From an uncultured Spirochaetota bacterium (lineage in GTDB: Bacteria; Spirochaetota; Spirochaetia; SZUA-6; Fen-1364): DNA of 64,000 bases. Made by a program: the position numbers and the translations under genes. The notes below the pieces were generated by a model. That model saw only the letters and a program-made list of their open reading frames with translations. It did not search any database and was not told where the DNA came from. This document shows, piece after piece, positions 10,030-22,890 of this stretch (the first letter of the stretch is position 1; each line of letters starts with the position of its first letter). The DNA lies in contig CAWJSK010000015.1 in NCBI GenBank assembly GCA_963845535.1, forward strand, positions 384,001 to 448,000, in the 5' to 3' direction.

Positions 10030-11743
10030 ATGCAAGACCTGTGGGACCTGACGCGCAGCTCAATCATTGGAAGGAACGCTTTGATCACCACGCCGTTCGG
10101 GGCGCGTCGTCTGACGTATGCGGACCATACCGCGTCCGGGCGCGGAGTGACTTTCATCGAAGAGCATATCCAGCGGCTCCTGGAGACATACGGCAACACC
10201 CACACTGAGGATGACGCCACCGGGACCATCACGTCCGAGCACCTTCACCAGGCGGAGCTCTCCATCAAGCGCCTCGTCAACGCCGGACCGAAGCACAGGA
10301 TCATCACCGTGGGGGCCGGGACCACGGCAGCCGTCCACCAGCTCCAGCAGATCCTCGGCATCTACATTCCGCCGGCAGGGAAGGACTTTTTCAGCGGTAT
10401 CCTCGGCGAATACTTCTCCGTGAAGGAGCGGGAGCGCTTCTCCGAGTGGATCAACGCGCAGCGGCCCGTCGTCTTTGTGGGGCCCTTCGAGCACCACTCC
10501 AATGAAGTCTCCTGGAGGGAATGCTTTGCCGAGGTCGTTGAAACCGACCTGACCCCACGCGGCTTCCTGGACCTCGACGACCTGGCGAAAAAGCTCGAGC
10601 TGCCGCAGTTCGCGAACCGGCGGAAGCTCGGGGCGTTCTCCGCTGCCTCGAACGTGACAGGGGTAAAATCGCCGGTCCACGAGGTTGCCCGGATTCTCCA
10701 CCGTCATGACTGTCTTGCGCTTTTCGACTTCGCGGCCGCCGCCCCCTATGAGCGCATGGACTGCAACCAGGACGAGGAGTCGTTCTTCGACGCCCTGTAC
10801 TTCTCCCCGCACAAGCTCCTGGGCGGCCCCGGCAGCGCGGGCATCCTCATCATCCACGAGCGGATATACCGCAGCGACCTTCCTCCGACCGTGGGAGCCG
10901 GGGGGACGGTGGAGTTCGTGAACTTCGACGGCCAGTCCTACATCCCCGACATCGAGGCGCGGGAAAAAGCCGGCACTCCCGGCATCCTCCAGACCATCCG
11001 TGCCGCCCTGGCCCTCGAGCTCAAGGAAAGACTCGACCCGAAGCGGATAGCCGCTCGGGAAGCGGAGCTGGTCAGGATGGCTCGTGGGATGCTGACAGGG
11101 CACCCGGGCATCGAGCTGATGGGAGACGTGGACCCGGACCATCGCCTTCCCATCTTCTCCTTCACCATCAAGGTGGGCTCTTCCTGGCTGCACCCGCGGT
11201 TCGTGACGGTGCTCTTGAACGACCTGTTCGGCATCCAAAGCAGGGCGGGCTGCTCCTGCGCGGCCCCGTATGGCCATAGGCTTCTGGGGATCGATGAGAG
11301 CAAGTCCCGTAAGTTCGAGGCCACGATCATGCGGGGGGACGTCGGTCTGAAGCCGGGATGGACAAGGGTCAACTTCCACTTCCTTCACACGGATGCGGAG
11401 ACGGAGTTCATCTGCCGGGCGGTCAGGTTTGTCGCGGACCGCGGCGTGGCGTTCCTTCCTTTATATGGGTTCGACATTCACACGGGAGCATGGAAACACA
11501 GGGAGTTCTCTCCTGCCCCCGTTTCGTTCGGCCTCGATCTCTCCTCCTCCGCTCACCCGCGGCCGGATACCTTCGGCAGGTGGAAGCGCCCTTTCACCGT
11601 TACCTCGGGGAAGCGGAAAAGCTTGCCCAGTCTCTCGTCGCGAAAGTACCCCCACGCCAGGACTTGCCACGACTGAGCAGGACCTCATCCCATTCCTGTA
11701 CTGCCGACGGTCCGAGCAGCCAGGGCAGGAGACGATGCCGTGA
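10030..11743 (+). CDS. Class V PLP-dependent aminotransferase / cysteine desulfurase-like; 3' end frameshifted
   Basis: YADHTASGR, EHHSN, SAASNVTG, FSPHKLLGGPG (PLP Lys), QSRAGCSCAAPYGHRLLG. Protein-like C-terminal pieces are spread over three frames at ~11560-11670 and end at TGA 11741-11743, which overlaps the next GTG start. Confidence 0.85.
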
Positions 11744-11786
11744 AGCGAGACACCGCCTTGAAGCTGGGAGACGATGCCGTGAAGCG
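11728..11786 (+). repeat. 20-bp direct repeat GGAGACGATGCCGTGAAGCG (2 exact copies plus a degenerate middle copy)
   Basis: Exact copies at 11728-11747 and 11767-11786; gagacaccgccttgaagc lies between them. Confidence 0.85.
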
Positions 11787-12582
11787 GCGCCCCGCTCAGA
11801 AAGACTGGCTCCCTCTTTCGAAAGCGGAGAAGGCCGCGGTGGAGCTTCCCACGGAGGAAGCTTTCCGCGTCGAGTGGATAGACTTCGACCGCGGGATCCG
11901 GGTCGGCAACCTCGAGCCTCACGAAAGGATAACGCAGATCGTCAAGTACGGGCTGGAGGAGAGGTATGGCACCGGATTCGTCACGGACCGTTGGGGCCGC
12001 GGCGTTTACTGGCAGTGGATCTGCTGGCTTCCCCGCGCCAATCGGGAAGCAAAGCCCGTCTCCCATGACGTCAACTTCGGGTGCGCAAAGTTCTTCATAT
12101 CGCCGGACAGGGAAAACTCGGTATTCCACAGCGGCCTGCAGGTGGAGCGCGGCTCAATCCGGGAGGACCCTGAGATACCGGGCACGCTTCACAAGGATTG
12201 GGACTGGCACAGGCTCATGAAGCAGTGTGAGAGCGGCACAGTGCTCGACCGCGAGATGGGGCGTCTTGTCCGCCGGGAAGGCTTCACGGCGCGCCTGATC
12301 GGCGGGATGAGCGCTTCATTTTCCGCGGATTCCTGGGAGTCCACCCGGCAGATACGAGAGGCCGCGCGCAAAGCGCCCCCGGATCAGTGGGAAGGCTTCC
12401 AGCTCTTCTATCCCATGACTGCTCAGGAGGTGCGCGCCTGCACGGGCCTCGAGCTCACGCGCGCAATCCTCGGCGTGTTCGCCGAAGTGACCGAGTGCAT
12501 GAATCAGTGCATGCAGATCAGGCTGCAAGCCGTTCAAGGTCCTCCCGGGATCGGTCTGGCCGGAGCGAGCCTGCCGCGCTGA
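11740..12582 (+). CDS. Hypothetical protein
   Basis: 280-aa ORF with RBS GGAGA and GTG start; Trp-rich segment WGRGVYWQWICW; family not recognised. Confidence 0.7.
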   Translation: MKRDTALKLGDDAVKRRPAQKDWLPLSKAEKAAVELPTEEAFRVEWIDFDRGIRVGNLEPHERITQIVKYGLEERYGTGFVTDRWGRGVYWQWICWLPRANREAKPVSHDVNFGCAKFFISPDRENSVFHSGLQVERGSIREDPEIPGTLHKDWDWHRLMKQCESGTVLDREMGRLVRREGFTARLIGGMSASFSADSWESTRQIREAARKAPPDQWEGFQLFYPMTAQEVRACTGLELTRAILGVFAEVTECMNQCMQIRLQAVQGPPGIGLAGASLPR

Positions 12583-12629
12583 GTTTGCCGCGCTGAGCGT
12601 CCGCAAAGCCAGGCGCGCTGACAGCCTGC

Positions 12630-13874
12630 CTATCGCGCTGACCGTCCGGACTTCCGGTTCCGCAGAACGGAGATGGGGGACTCTTTCAGCAAGGATGCCA
12701 GCCCTATGCTCACGAGCGTGAGGGCGAGCAGCCCGAGCAGCGGAGCCGTCATGGATCCTTGCGGGGACTTCACGGCATCCATCAGGAAAATGAAGATGAT
12801 CCCGGAGAGCTGCCCCGCCACCAGGAGCAGCGTGTTCGAGGTCCCCTCGGGGGCTGGGAGCGTCATCTCCGCCCCGTACTGAAAGCCAATGGGACCCGCG
12901 CTCAACAGGAAAAACCCGAACACGAAGGAGGAGGCAAGGAGGAGCCAGTAGGTTGTCGCGAAAGTCACGCCGAGAAGGCCGGGGACGAGCCCCGCGAGCG
13001 CGATGATGACGAACGGTTTCCGCAGGCGAAGCGAGTCGGAGACGAGGGGCAGCGCCACTGCGCCGATGATCCCGCCAATCAGCATGAGCCCGCCGGCAAG
13101 GCCCGCCTGCGACGTGGAGAACCCCCGCGGGGCAACGATCTCTTCGATCCATGTCGTGATTCCGTTGAACATCCCCAGACCCACGAAGAAGATGACAAGG
13201 AGAAAAAGGAAGTCCCGGCGCCGGATCATGCTGCGAAGACCGTCGAACATGAGAGAGCGCACCTCATCCTCCGGCCTGCCTACCGGCGTGGCAGGCTTCT
13301 CACGGGCAACGAGGATGAAGAAGAGCGCCGCCACAACGGCCACAACTCCCCAGATGACGAGCGCGCCCTTGAAGCCGTAGCTGGCCGTGAGAAGAGGCGT
13401 GACGATCAGGCTGAGAAGCACTCCCAGGTAGATGGCCAGGGTGCCGAGCCCGGTTGCCGTGGCGCGCTCCTCCGCGGGAAACCATCGTCCGGCAAGCTTG
13501 GTTGTGGCACCGAGCACGAGAGGCTGGCCAACGGCGATCCCGATCTGGGATATGATCACCATGGTGAAGCTGGACGCGAACACCCCTCGGGTCAGCGCGA
13601 ACACGGCGGTGAGGATGGCGCCCACGGAGACCGTCCTGCGGACTCCCCAGGTGTCGATCAGCCATGCTGATGGGAGGAAGATCAGGATGTAGATGGCCAT
13701 GAAGCACAGGGAAAGGAGCCCGATGGCGAGGTCGGAGGTCGAGTAGAACTTCATGGCCTCCGTGGTGATGGGAGCGAACGTGATCCAAAGCGCCTGGTTG
13801 ATGCCCGTGATCACCATGAACGCGGCCAGCATGAGCCAGCGGTATCTGTGCGCCTTCGTTGTCGCCTTTGCCAT
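12630..13874 (-). CDS. MFS transporter
   Basis: About 12 hydrophobic segments; WLIDTWGVRR loop motif; RWFPAEERATATG; RBS GGGAGG before MAKATT. Confidence 0.9.
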   Translation of the reverse strand: MAKATTKAHRYRWLMLAAFMVITGINQALWITFAPITTEAMKFYSTSDLAIGLLSLCFMAIYILIFLPSAWLIDTWGVRRTVSVGAILTAVFALTRGVFASSFTMVIISQIGIAVGQPLVLGATTKLAGRWFPAEERATATGLGTLAIYLGVLLSLIVTPLLTASYGFKGALVIWGVVAVVAALFFILVAREKPATPVGRPEDEVRSLMFDGLRSMIRRRDFLFLLVIFFVGLGMFNGITTWIEEIVAPRGFSTSQAGLAGGLMLIGGIIGAVALPLVSDSLRLRKPFVIIALAGLVPGLLGVTFATTYWLLLASSFVFGFFLLSAGPIGFQYGAEMTLPAPEGTSNTLLLVAGQLSGIIFIFLMDAVKSPQGSMTAPLLGLLALTLVSIGLASLLKESPISVLRNRKSGRSAR

Positions 13875-13900
13875 TGGTGCCTCCCTGGAGAGAAAAAATG

Positions 13901-15205
13901 TCATGAGAGATGAAATCCGGTGCAGTATAGCCGCGCCGGACGGCAGAAAGCAAGAATGTTCGAGGCGGAAAACCAGGAGGCTTCGATACCACGCTTCGCG
14001 CGGCGCGACCTACGGCGCCCCTGCGGCGCTTGCCCCGGCTCAACCTTGCTGCGCGTGAGGCGTATTATACCGGCGGCAATTGCCACCAGCACGACTGTCA
14101 GGCCGAGATAGAAGAGGAACCCTCCCCGGATCCCCACGGTCTGCGCCAGCACCGCCATCAGGAAGGGAAAAGTGAAGGAACCAATCCCGCCGCCGGTGGT
14201 GACCGCTCCCACTGCGACGCCGCTCCTGTGGTACCTCCCGACAATTGCCACGGACAGCGGGTAGATCCCGGAGAACCCCAGGCCGGTGAGAAACACCGCG
14301 ACCGCGGTGGCCCACGTCGAGCTCACGAGAAGCACCATTCCCAAAGCCGCCGCTGACAGAACGGCGAGCCCCAGCACGATGTACTCCTGTCGTGAGCCCC
14401 GGTAGGCCACGGATAGTGAGAACCGTCCCACGAGCAGCCCGATCCAGAAAAGCGACAGGGCGAATGCTCCCACGGACGCCGCGCTGCCGCGCACCTGCAC
14501 AAAGTATTCCGCTATCCACGTGGAGACGCCCAGCTCGGCGCCGACGTACAGGAGCAGGAAGAAAGTGATCAGAAGGAGAAGGGGCTGGAGCATCAGCTTC
14601 AATCCCTTGCCCCGATCACCGGCTTCGTGCTGCATGATTCGGGGAAATGGAGAGAACCCGAACAGGAGGGCCATGACGGCCAGGGCCGCCGCGGTTGCCG
14701 CGAAAACGGAAATCCCTCCGCGGCCGGCCCCCAGGAGGAAGCCCACCGCGGCCGGGCCCACAATTCCGCCAACGCTGAAAGCCGCGTGGACCATGTTGAG
14801 GAGCCTGCTCTGGCCCTTGCGCTCCATGTGCATCACTTCGAGGTTCGTGACCACCTCGATGGGCCCCTGGCAGAGCCCGACGCAGAAGTTCAGCGCCATG
14901 TTCAGCCAGGGGGACGGCCAGCGGACGAACAGCGACATGCTGGCGGCCCCGAGGATCAGGCCGAATACGAGGACCTTTTTCGGGGCGATTCTCTGGACGA
15001 GGATCCCGCAGATGAACGTCGAGACGAAGTAGCCCACCGCGTTCGCGGCGAGCACCGCGCCCGTCAGGGCGTACGACCAGTGGAAGGTCGCGATGATATG
15101 CGGCAAAGAGGCGCCGATGATCGTGAAGACCACGCCGAAAGTGGCAAACCCGGCGAGGAGGAGGAAGTACAGCCGCCGGGTACTGCTGTCAGGGATATTT
15201 GTCAT
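13901..15205 (-). CDS. MFS transporter (FucP/TsgA-like sugar permease)
   Basis: About 12 transmembrane segments; NMVHAAFSVGGIVGP and LYVGAELGVSTW motifs. The last ~45 aa look non-coding, so the true stop may be earlier. Confidence 0.85.
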   Translation of the reverse strand: MTNIPDSSTRRLYFLLLAGFATFGVVFTIIGASLPHIIATFHWSYALTGAVLAANAVGYFVSTFICGILVQRIAPKKVLVFGLILGAASMSLFVRWPSPWLNMALNFCVGLCQGPIEVVTNLEVMHMERKGQSRLLNMVHAAFSVGGIVGPAAVGFLLGAGRGGISVFAATAAALAVMALLFGFSPFPRIMQHEAGDRGKGLKLMLQPLLLLITFFLLLYVGAELGVSTWIAEYFVQVRGSAASVGAFALSLFWIGLLVGRFSLSVAYRGSRQEYIVLGLAVLSAAALGMVLLVSSTWATAVAVFLTGLGFSGIYPLSVAIVGRYHRSGVAVGAVTTGGGIGSFTFPFLMAVLAQTVGIRGGFLFYLGLTVVLVAIAAGIIRLTRSKVEPGQAPQGRRRSRRAKRGIEASWFSASNILAFCRPARLYCTGFHLS

Positions 15206-15444
15206 GATGGCAAAGCTTGCTCACATACTTCCAGACATCGGCGCACCTCGTCAAGGACAGGGGTCGTACGCGATGAAGCGCGCAGGATGAGAGCGCGGGG
15301 CACGGGTTTTCTCCCGAAAACTCGGAGGACAAGGTCGCTGCTGTCCTCCTTTTGTGCTCAAAATGTTCCTTGAAGATACCGTTGCAAGACTAGCATCTTG
15401 AAACCTGGATACGTAATCAATCAATTTCGAGGAGGGTTGAGGGC

Positions 15445-16755
15445 ATGAAGCGATCAATCGCGAAGATAGCGGTCTTCCTGGTTGTTCTTCTCGTCCCGCT
15501 TGCGCTCTGGGCCCAGACGAACGTCGTTCTCTGGGATTTCTTGAGCGGCGGAGACGGCGTACGCTGGAAGGCCATCATCAATGAGTTCAACACGAGCCAG
15601 AGCGATATCAATATCCAGGGAACGACGCTGACCTGGGGTGATCCGTTCTACACGAAGGTGCATACGGCGGTCGTTGCAGGGGAGACCCCGGACGTCATGA
15701 CCTACCATCTCTCGCACTTCCCGGCGGGCATCCAGGCCGGAGATCTGCGGCCAATCACGGAAGACGAGCTGAAGACGGTGGGGCTTTCCTACAGCGACTT
15801 CAATCCTGTCCTCGTGGATACCTCCCTTGCCATCAGCAAGGCATACGGAACGGAAGGCGTCCTCTACGGCATTCCCCTGGACACGCACACCTCCATTCTC
15901 TATTTCAACGCGAACGTGCTGAGGAAGGCCGGATTGCTCGGCCGAAACGGTCGTCCCCTCGCCTCCGCCTTCACCGGTATGGCGAACTTCACGAGGTCTT
16001 TGGAGCGGATCAAGGCGAGGACAGGCGTTCTCCCCATGGCCATGTCTTCGGCGAACGACCCCGCAACGGTGTGGCGCATGTGGAGCACGCTGTTCTATCA
16101 GCAGGGTGGAAGCCTGGCCAGCGGCGGAAAAGTGACCCTGGACCAGGTCACGACGCTGGGCAAAACCGCTCTCCAAGTGATGACAGACTGGACCACAAAG
16201 GGCTTGATCCCGGCCAACGTCGATTATGCCGGGTCCGTGGCCTTGTTCAGCTCCGGCAAAGCGGCATTCATGTTCAACGGGAACTGGGAAGTTCCCACCA
16301 TGGTGGACCTCGAGAAGTCCGGAAAGCTTCCCTTCAAGTTCGGCGTCATGGCTTTCCCGAAGCTCTACGAGAACCAGGACACCTGGGCTGATTCCCACAA
16401 CATCGCCATCCCGAACAACACGAAGACCCCCATCTCCGACGACATGCTCCACGCGGTGCTCACATTCGTTGCGTTCGTGGAGAAGCATGCCGCGGAGTGG
16501 GCAAGCGGCGGCCATCTTCCCGCATATCTCCCCGTCCTCAATGGGCCGACCCTTGCGCATTTGTACCCGGTGGACCAGTATGCAGCCCAGGCTGCAAAGG
16601 ACGTCCATCTGGAGCCGGTAAACCCCATCTTCGGAGTCGGCGCTCCGACCTATGATGCGGCGGGCAACTTCCTGTCCCCCGCGCTGATCGGAAACCTCAC
16701 GGTGGCGGACGCCGTACAGAAATTCAAGGACGACCTGCAGAGCCTTTCTCAGTAG
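15445..16755 (+). CDS. Carbohydrate ABC transporter solute-binding protein (CUT1)
   Basis: Signal peptide; WDFLSGGDG, YGIPLDTH, FSSGKAAFMFNGNW, WADSH; RBS GAGGAGG/GAGGG. Confidence 0.92.
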   Translation: MKRSIAKIAVFLVVLLVPLALWAQTNVVLWDFLSGGDGVRWKAIINEFNTSQSDINIQGTTLTWGDPFYTKVHTAVVAGETPDVMTYHLSHFPAGIQAGDLRPITEDELKTVGLSYSDFNPVLVDTSLAISKAYGTEGVLYGIPLDTHTSILYFNANVLRKAGLLGRNGRPLASAFTGMANFTRSLERIKARTGVLPMAMSSANDPATVWRMWSTLFYQQGGSLASGGKVTLDQVTTLGKTALQVMTDWTTKGLIPANVDYAGSVALFSSGKAAFMFNGNWEVPTMVDLEKSGKLPFKFGVMAFPKLYENQDTWADSHNIAIPNNTKTPISDDMLHAVLTFVAFVEKHAAEWASGGHLPAYLPVLNGPTLAHLYPVDQYAAQAAKDVHLEPVNPIFGVGAPTYDAAGNFLSPALIGNLTVADAVQKFKDDLQSLSQ

Positions 16756-16769
16756 TATCTTGCACCGAG

Positions 16770-16800
16770 GCCCCGGGGCTCTCCCGGGGCTTGTTCTTCT
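16770..16800 (+). terminator. Intercistronic stem-loop after the binding-protein gene (mRNA stabiliser or weak terminator)
   Basis: GCCCCGGG-gctct-CCCGGGGC followed by TTGTTCTTCT. Confidence 0.55.
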
Positions 16801-16812
16801 CCAGGGGGGGGC

Positions 16813-17733
16813 ATGAGCAGTGCGGTCATCGAAGAGGCCGACGCCAAGGCAGCGTCCATGAGGGTGCGGCGCAGGCGCCGCAGGACGCCGTGGGCCACGG
16901 TTCTCCTGATGGTGCTTCCTTTCATCGCCGTGTACCTCGTCTTCCTGATCTATCCCACGGTACGGGTGATCATCCTCAGCTTTACGAACGCGGACATTGC
17001 AGGCCGCGGCCATTTCATCGGCGTGGAAAACTACGTCCATCTCTGGAAGGACTCCCTGTTCTGGGCGTCCCTGGTGCACACGATTTATTTCATCGTTCTC
17101 ACCGTTGTCCCCAACACGCTCGTGGGGATGGTGTTTGCCCTCATGATTGTGCGGCTGAACAGGCTGCGGGGCTTCGTGATGGCGCTCATGTTTCTTCCCT
17201 ATGTCCTCCCCGTGAGCGTGGTGACGCAGATCTGGATGTGGGTTCTGAGCGCCGCCTACGGGATCGTGAACTTCCTTTTCCACCTGAAGATCAACTGGTT
17301 CCAGGACCCCGTCTGGGCCATGCCCTCCGTGGCCTTTGTCACCATCTGGTGGACAGTGGGTTTCAACATCCTCTTGTTCATTGCGGGTCTCCAGGCCATC
17401 CCGAGCGAGTACTATGAAGCGGCGTCCCTGGACGGGGCTGACAGGGGCTTCCGTGTCTTCCGCTACTTCACCTGGCCGCTCATCTGGCCCGTCACCTCGC
17501 TCGTGCTCGTCCTGCAGCTCATCCTCCAGTGGCAGATCATCAACCAGGTATATCTTCTCACCAACGGCGGGCCTTTCAACTCGACCATCGTTGTCCTGAT
17601 GCACATGTACATCCAGGCTTTCACCCGCTACCGCGGCGGCTATGCCGCCACCATCTCAATGGCGCTTTTCGTGCTGATCCTGGTCTCCTCCATCCTGCAG
17701 CTACGCCTGTTTCGTTTCCAGAGGGGCGAATGA
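16813..17733 (+). CDS. Carbohydrate ABC transporter permease
   Basis: AGLQAIPSEYYEAASLDGA (EAA loop); LLTNGGP. Confidence 0.93.
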   Translation: MSSAVIEEADAKAASMRVRRRRRRTPWATVLLMVLPFIAVYLVFLIYPTVRVIILSFTNADIAGRGHFIGVENYVHLWKDSLFWASLVHTIYFIVLTVVPNTLVGMVFALMIVRLNRLRGFVMALMFLPYVLPVSVVTQIWMWVLSAAYGIVNFLFHLKINWFQDPVWAMPSVAFVTIWWTVGFNILLFIAGLQAIPSEYYEAASLDGADRGFRVFRYFTWPLIWPVTSLVLVLQLILQWQIINQVYLLTNGGPFNSTIVVLMHMYIQAFTRYRGGYAATISMALFVLILVSSILQLRLFRFQRGE

Positions 17734-18569
17734 GGTACAGAAGAGTCTCGGTTTCCTCCGTCATTATCACGGTCATCACCCTTGCAATAGCCCTCGTGTG
17801 GATCTTTCCCCTTTATTGGGCGGTGAACACGTCTCTCACCGTCGACACAAAGACCGTCCAGATCCCTCCCTCCTGGCTTCCGATCCCGCTCGTCTTCGAT
17901 GCGTACGACTACGTGATCAAGAACACGATGATTGTCCGCTGGTACTTCAACACGATCCTGGACTCGGTTGCCATCACGGCCGCCGTCATCTTCCTGACCA
18001 TGATGTGCGCGTACGCCCTGTCCCAGATCAAGTTCCCGGGAAATCACTTCGTGTTCATCGCCGTCCTCGCCGGCTTCATGATTCCGTGGACAACAAACGT
18101 GGTCCCGCTCTTCATGTTCATGAACAAGCTGCGGCTTGTGAACAGTTATTGGGGCGTCATACTGCCGCAGATCGCCTCACCGCCGGCAATCGTGGCAGCG
18201 GTGACGTACAAGCGCTTTTTCGACCAGATGCCCCTGGAGCTTTCCGACGCGGCGCACATGGACGGGGCGAGCGAGATGCGCATCCTCTTTCGTCTTTTCC
18301 TCCCCTTGAACGGGGGAATCTCCTGGGCGCTCGCCATACTGACGTTCATCTATGCCTGGAACAACTTCTTCTGGCCGTTCATCGTCATCAACTCCACGCC
18401 CATGATGACGATCCCCATCGGCATAACCCAGGTGCAGTCCTGGTACGGCATCGCTTACTCACGACAAATGGCTTCCGCTGTGCTGGCCGCCATTCCCACG
18501 GTTGTCCTGTACCTTGCGTTCCAGCGCCGCGTGGCGGAAGGAGTGGCTATCACCTCCGGAATCAAGTAG
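17730..18569 (+). CDS. Carbohydrate ABC transporter permease
   Basis: ATGA overlap with the previous gene; PLELSDAAHMDGASE (EAA loop); WNNFFWP. Confidence 0.93.
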   Translation: MRYRRVSVSSVIITVITLAIALVWIFPLYWAVNTSLTVDTKTVQIPPSWLPIPLVFDAYDYVIKNTMIVRWYFNTILDSVAITAAVIFLTMMCAYALSQIKFPGNHFVFIAVLAGFMIPWTTNVVPLFMFMNKLRLVNSYWGVILPQIASPPAIVAAVTYKRFFDQMPLELSDAAHMDGASEMRILFRLFLPLNGGISWALAILTFIYAWNNFFWPFIVINSTPMMTIPIGITQVQSWYGIAYSRQMASAVLAAIPTVVLYLAFQRRVAEGVAITSGIK

Positions 18570-20097
<1,528 letters not shown>

Positions 20098-20101
<4 letters not shown>

Positions 20102-22023
20102 GCGACCTCCGGGCCTCCGTGAAGGGAGGCTTCTGGGGGAAATACCGCGAGATGATCCGGGAGAAGACCATCCCGTACCAGTGGATGGCCCTGAACGACG
20201 AAATCCCGGGCGCTCCCCGAAGCCATTCTCTGGAGAACTTCCGCATCGCCGCGGGGAGAAGCGGGGGCCAGTATGACGGCATGGTCTTTCAGGACAGCGA
20301 CCTGTACAAATGGCTCGAGGCGGCGGGCCACCTCCTTCGGGATGAAGCCCCCGGGAACGACACCATACGGCGGTGGGCGGAGCAGGCAATCGAGCTCATT
20401 GCAGCGGCACAGCAGCCGGACGGCTACGTCAATACGTACTTCACGGTAAAGGACCCCGCGCACAGATGGAAGAACTTGAGGGAGGCGCACGAGCTGTATT
20501 GCGCCGGGCACCTGATCGAGGCTGCCGTGGCGGTTGCCGGCGGCTCGGGGAACCGGACCATCCTCGAGGTGGCGCGCAGGCTCGCGGACCACATCGACTC
20601 GCGCTTCGGGACGGACAGCGGCAAGACGCGCGGGTACTGCGGCCACGAGGAGGTGGAGCTGGCCCTCGTGAAGCTCTACCGTCTCACCGGGGAGAGGCGT
20701 TACCTGGAGCTGGCGCGGTATTTCATCGAAGAGCGCGGTCGGACGCCGAACTACTTCGAACAGGAGTCGAAGTCTCCTGATTTCGTTCCGATTTTCGGGC
20801 TGCATGACCTGGACTATCTCCAGGCGCGGGTGCCTCCGCGGCAATTGACGGAAGCAAGCGGACATGCCGTGCGCGCCATGTACTTGAGCGTGGCAATGGC
20901 GGACATCGCCCTGGAAACCCAGGACCGGGAGCTTGGCCTCGCGTGCGACAGGCTGTGGGAGAGCGCAACCACCCGAAGGATGTACGTCACCGGAGGCATC
21001 GGCGCTTCAGCCCGCAATGAGGCGTTCGGCGCGGACTTCGATCTTCCCAACGACACGGCCTACGCGGAGACGTGCGCGGCAATCGGGCTTTTCCTGTTCG
21101 GCTCCCGGATGGCCCGCCTGCGCCATGACGCCGGGTACGCGGAGGTCATGGAGCGGGCGCTGTATAACGGGATCTTGAGCGGCCTTGGGCTCGACGGGCA
21201 AAGCTATTTCTACGTGAATCCGCTGTCGGTGCGCCCGGATGCCGCAGAGAAGAACCCCAGTCGCCACTTCGTGAAATACCGCCGCCAGCCGTGGTACGGC
21301 TGCGCCTGCTGTCCGCCGAACATCGCCCGGCTCCTCGCGTCTTTGGGGGAATACGTCTGCCATCTTGGCGACGGCGCGCTCTATGTCGATCTTTTCCATG
21401 ATGGCAGCGTCTCCTGCACAGTGGACGGTCATGCGGTGGCGTTCCGCCAGCAGACAGAGTACCCCTGGTCGGAGGAAGTTGCCCTCGAGTTTACGGCGGA
21501 CGCATCCGTGGAGCTTGACCTGGCCATCCGCATACCCGCCTGGTGCCGCACGCCATCGCTTCGGCTCAACGGGGCCAAGGTCGATCTCCGACGCGCAATG
21601 GAAAAGGGATACGCGCACGTCCCGAGGCGCTGGAGTCGGGGAGACCAGGTGCGGCTTACCCTCCCCATGCCCGCGGAGCGCGTCCACGCGGACCCCCGGG
21701 TCGAAGCCGCGTACGGCAAGGTGGCGGTGCAGAGAGGCCCCGTGGTCTATTGCCTTGAGGAGGCTGATAACGGACCGTTCCTGCACACGGCCGTTCTTCC
21801 CCCCGGAGTACGCCTGGACTCGACGCTCCGTAGTGACATCCTCGGAGGCGTTGTCGTGGTGACGGGGAGGGGACGGGTTTGGGACGGCACGACGCCGCCG
21901 GCCGGGCTCTACGGCATGAACGGCGGAGGAACTCCGCTCGCCTCGAAGGATCTGGTCTTCATTCCCTATTACGCGTGGGCCAACCGGCTGCCAGGTGAGA
22001 TGACGGTATGGGTGCGGGAATGA
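20098..22023 (+). CDS. Beta-L-arabinofuranosidase, GH127
   Basis: FQDSDLYKWLEA, HELYCAGHLIEA, GHEEVELAL, GHAVRAMY, YAETCA, CACCPPN, IPYYAWANR; ATGA overlap with the GH51 stop. Confidence 0.93.
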
Positions 22024-22877
22024 ACGGCCTCGAGTTGGGGCAGGCCGCTGCTCTCGAGCCCACGGGTTCGCTCTTCGTTCCCGCGGGCTCCTTGGAGACA
22101 AGGACGCTCAGGCTTACCGACTCCTACCTCTTTGTGTTTGTCGCTCGGGGCGACATTGCGGTGGCCTCGGAGAAGTCCGTCACGGCGCTTTCGGCGCGGG
22201 AGGCGACGCTCCTGCACTGTGAGGCGCCGCGGACCATCGTGTTCCACCGCGGGGCAGGCGCCGAGTTTTACGCGCTGAAGTTCAAGGCTGCTCCCCACGG
22301 AGCCAGGGCTGCCGCCCGCCCGCTCACCGTCCCGGCGCGGGGAACGGTTGCCTGCCCCGAAAGGCTCACGGACCTGCTGCGCCGCTACATGACCGAGCAA
22401 CGGCGGCGCCGGTCGACGCCGTGGGCGCTGTACAACCTGCTTGTGCTCATTCTCTGCGAGTTCGCCTCCGCGGCGGGAGGATCCCTCGAGGCCCGGCCCG
22501 TCAGCTCGGGGCTCGAGACGATAGCCTCCATGGTGGACGCGCATATCGCAGCCCACTACCGGGAGCCCATCTGCACCCACGACATTGCGCGTGAGCTGCG
22601 CTACAGCCCCGGCTACCTGGAGAGGGCGTACCGTCGGGAGAGGGGGATCTCCGTGCGGAGCGCCATCCACCTCCGGCGCATCCGCGAGGCGCGCGCGCAG
22701 CTCCTCCTTCAGCGCGAGGTGCGCGTGTCGGAGATAGCAGCCCAGTGCGGCTACGGGGACGCGGCGTACTTCCGCCGCGTCTTCAAGCGGACCACCAACA
22801 TGACCCCCGTCCGTTTCCGCACCATCAATTCCGCCAATTCCGCGCGCGCCGCCGGCGGCCTTACGCGGGCGGGATGA
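22020..22877 (+). CDS. AraC family transcriptional regulator
   Basis: C-terminal double HTH: VSEIAAQCGYGDAAYFRRVFKRTTNMTPVRFR. Confidence 0.9.
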   Translation: MNGLELGQAAALEPTGSLFVPAGSLETRTLRLTDSYLFVFVARGDIAVASEKSVTALSAREATLLHCEAPRTIVFHRGAGAEFYALKFKAAPHGARAAARPLTVPARGTVACPERLTDLLRRYMTEQRRRRSTPWALYNLLVLILCEFASAAGGSLEARPVSSGLETIASMVDAHIAAHYREPICTHDIARELRYSPGYLERAYRRERGISVRSAIHLRRIREARAQLLLQREVRVSEIAAQCGYGDAAYFRRVFKRTTNMTPVRFRTINSANSARAAGGLTRAG

Positions 22878-22890
22878 GCCGGGAGGCCGC

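Noticed and set aside
10000..10030. 6S RNA upstream of the 5-formyl-THF cyclo-ligase gene
   Set aside because: Only 29 bp separate it from the divergent gene, leaving no room.
15454..17604. 716-aa minus-strand ORF and similar long antisense ORFs (e.g. 10060-11388, 40185-41468)
   Set aside because: These are stop-poor shadow frames typical of high-GC DNA, lying opposite genes with clear motifs.
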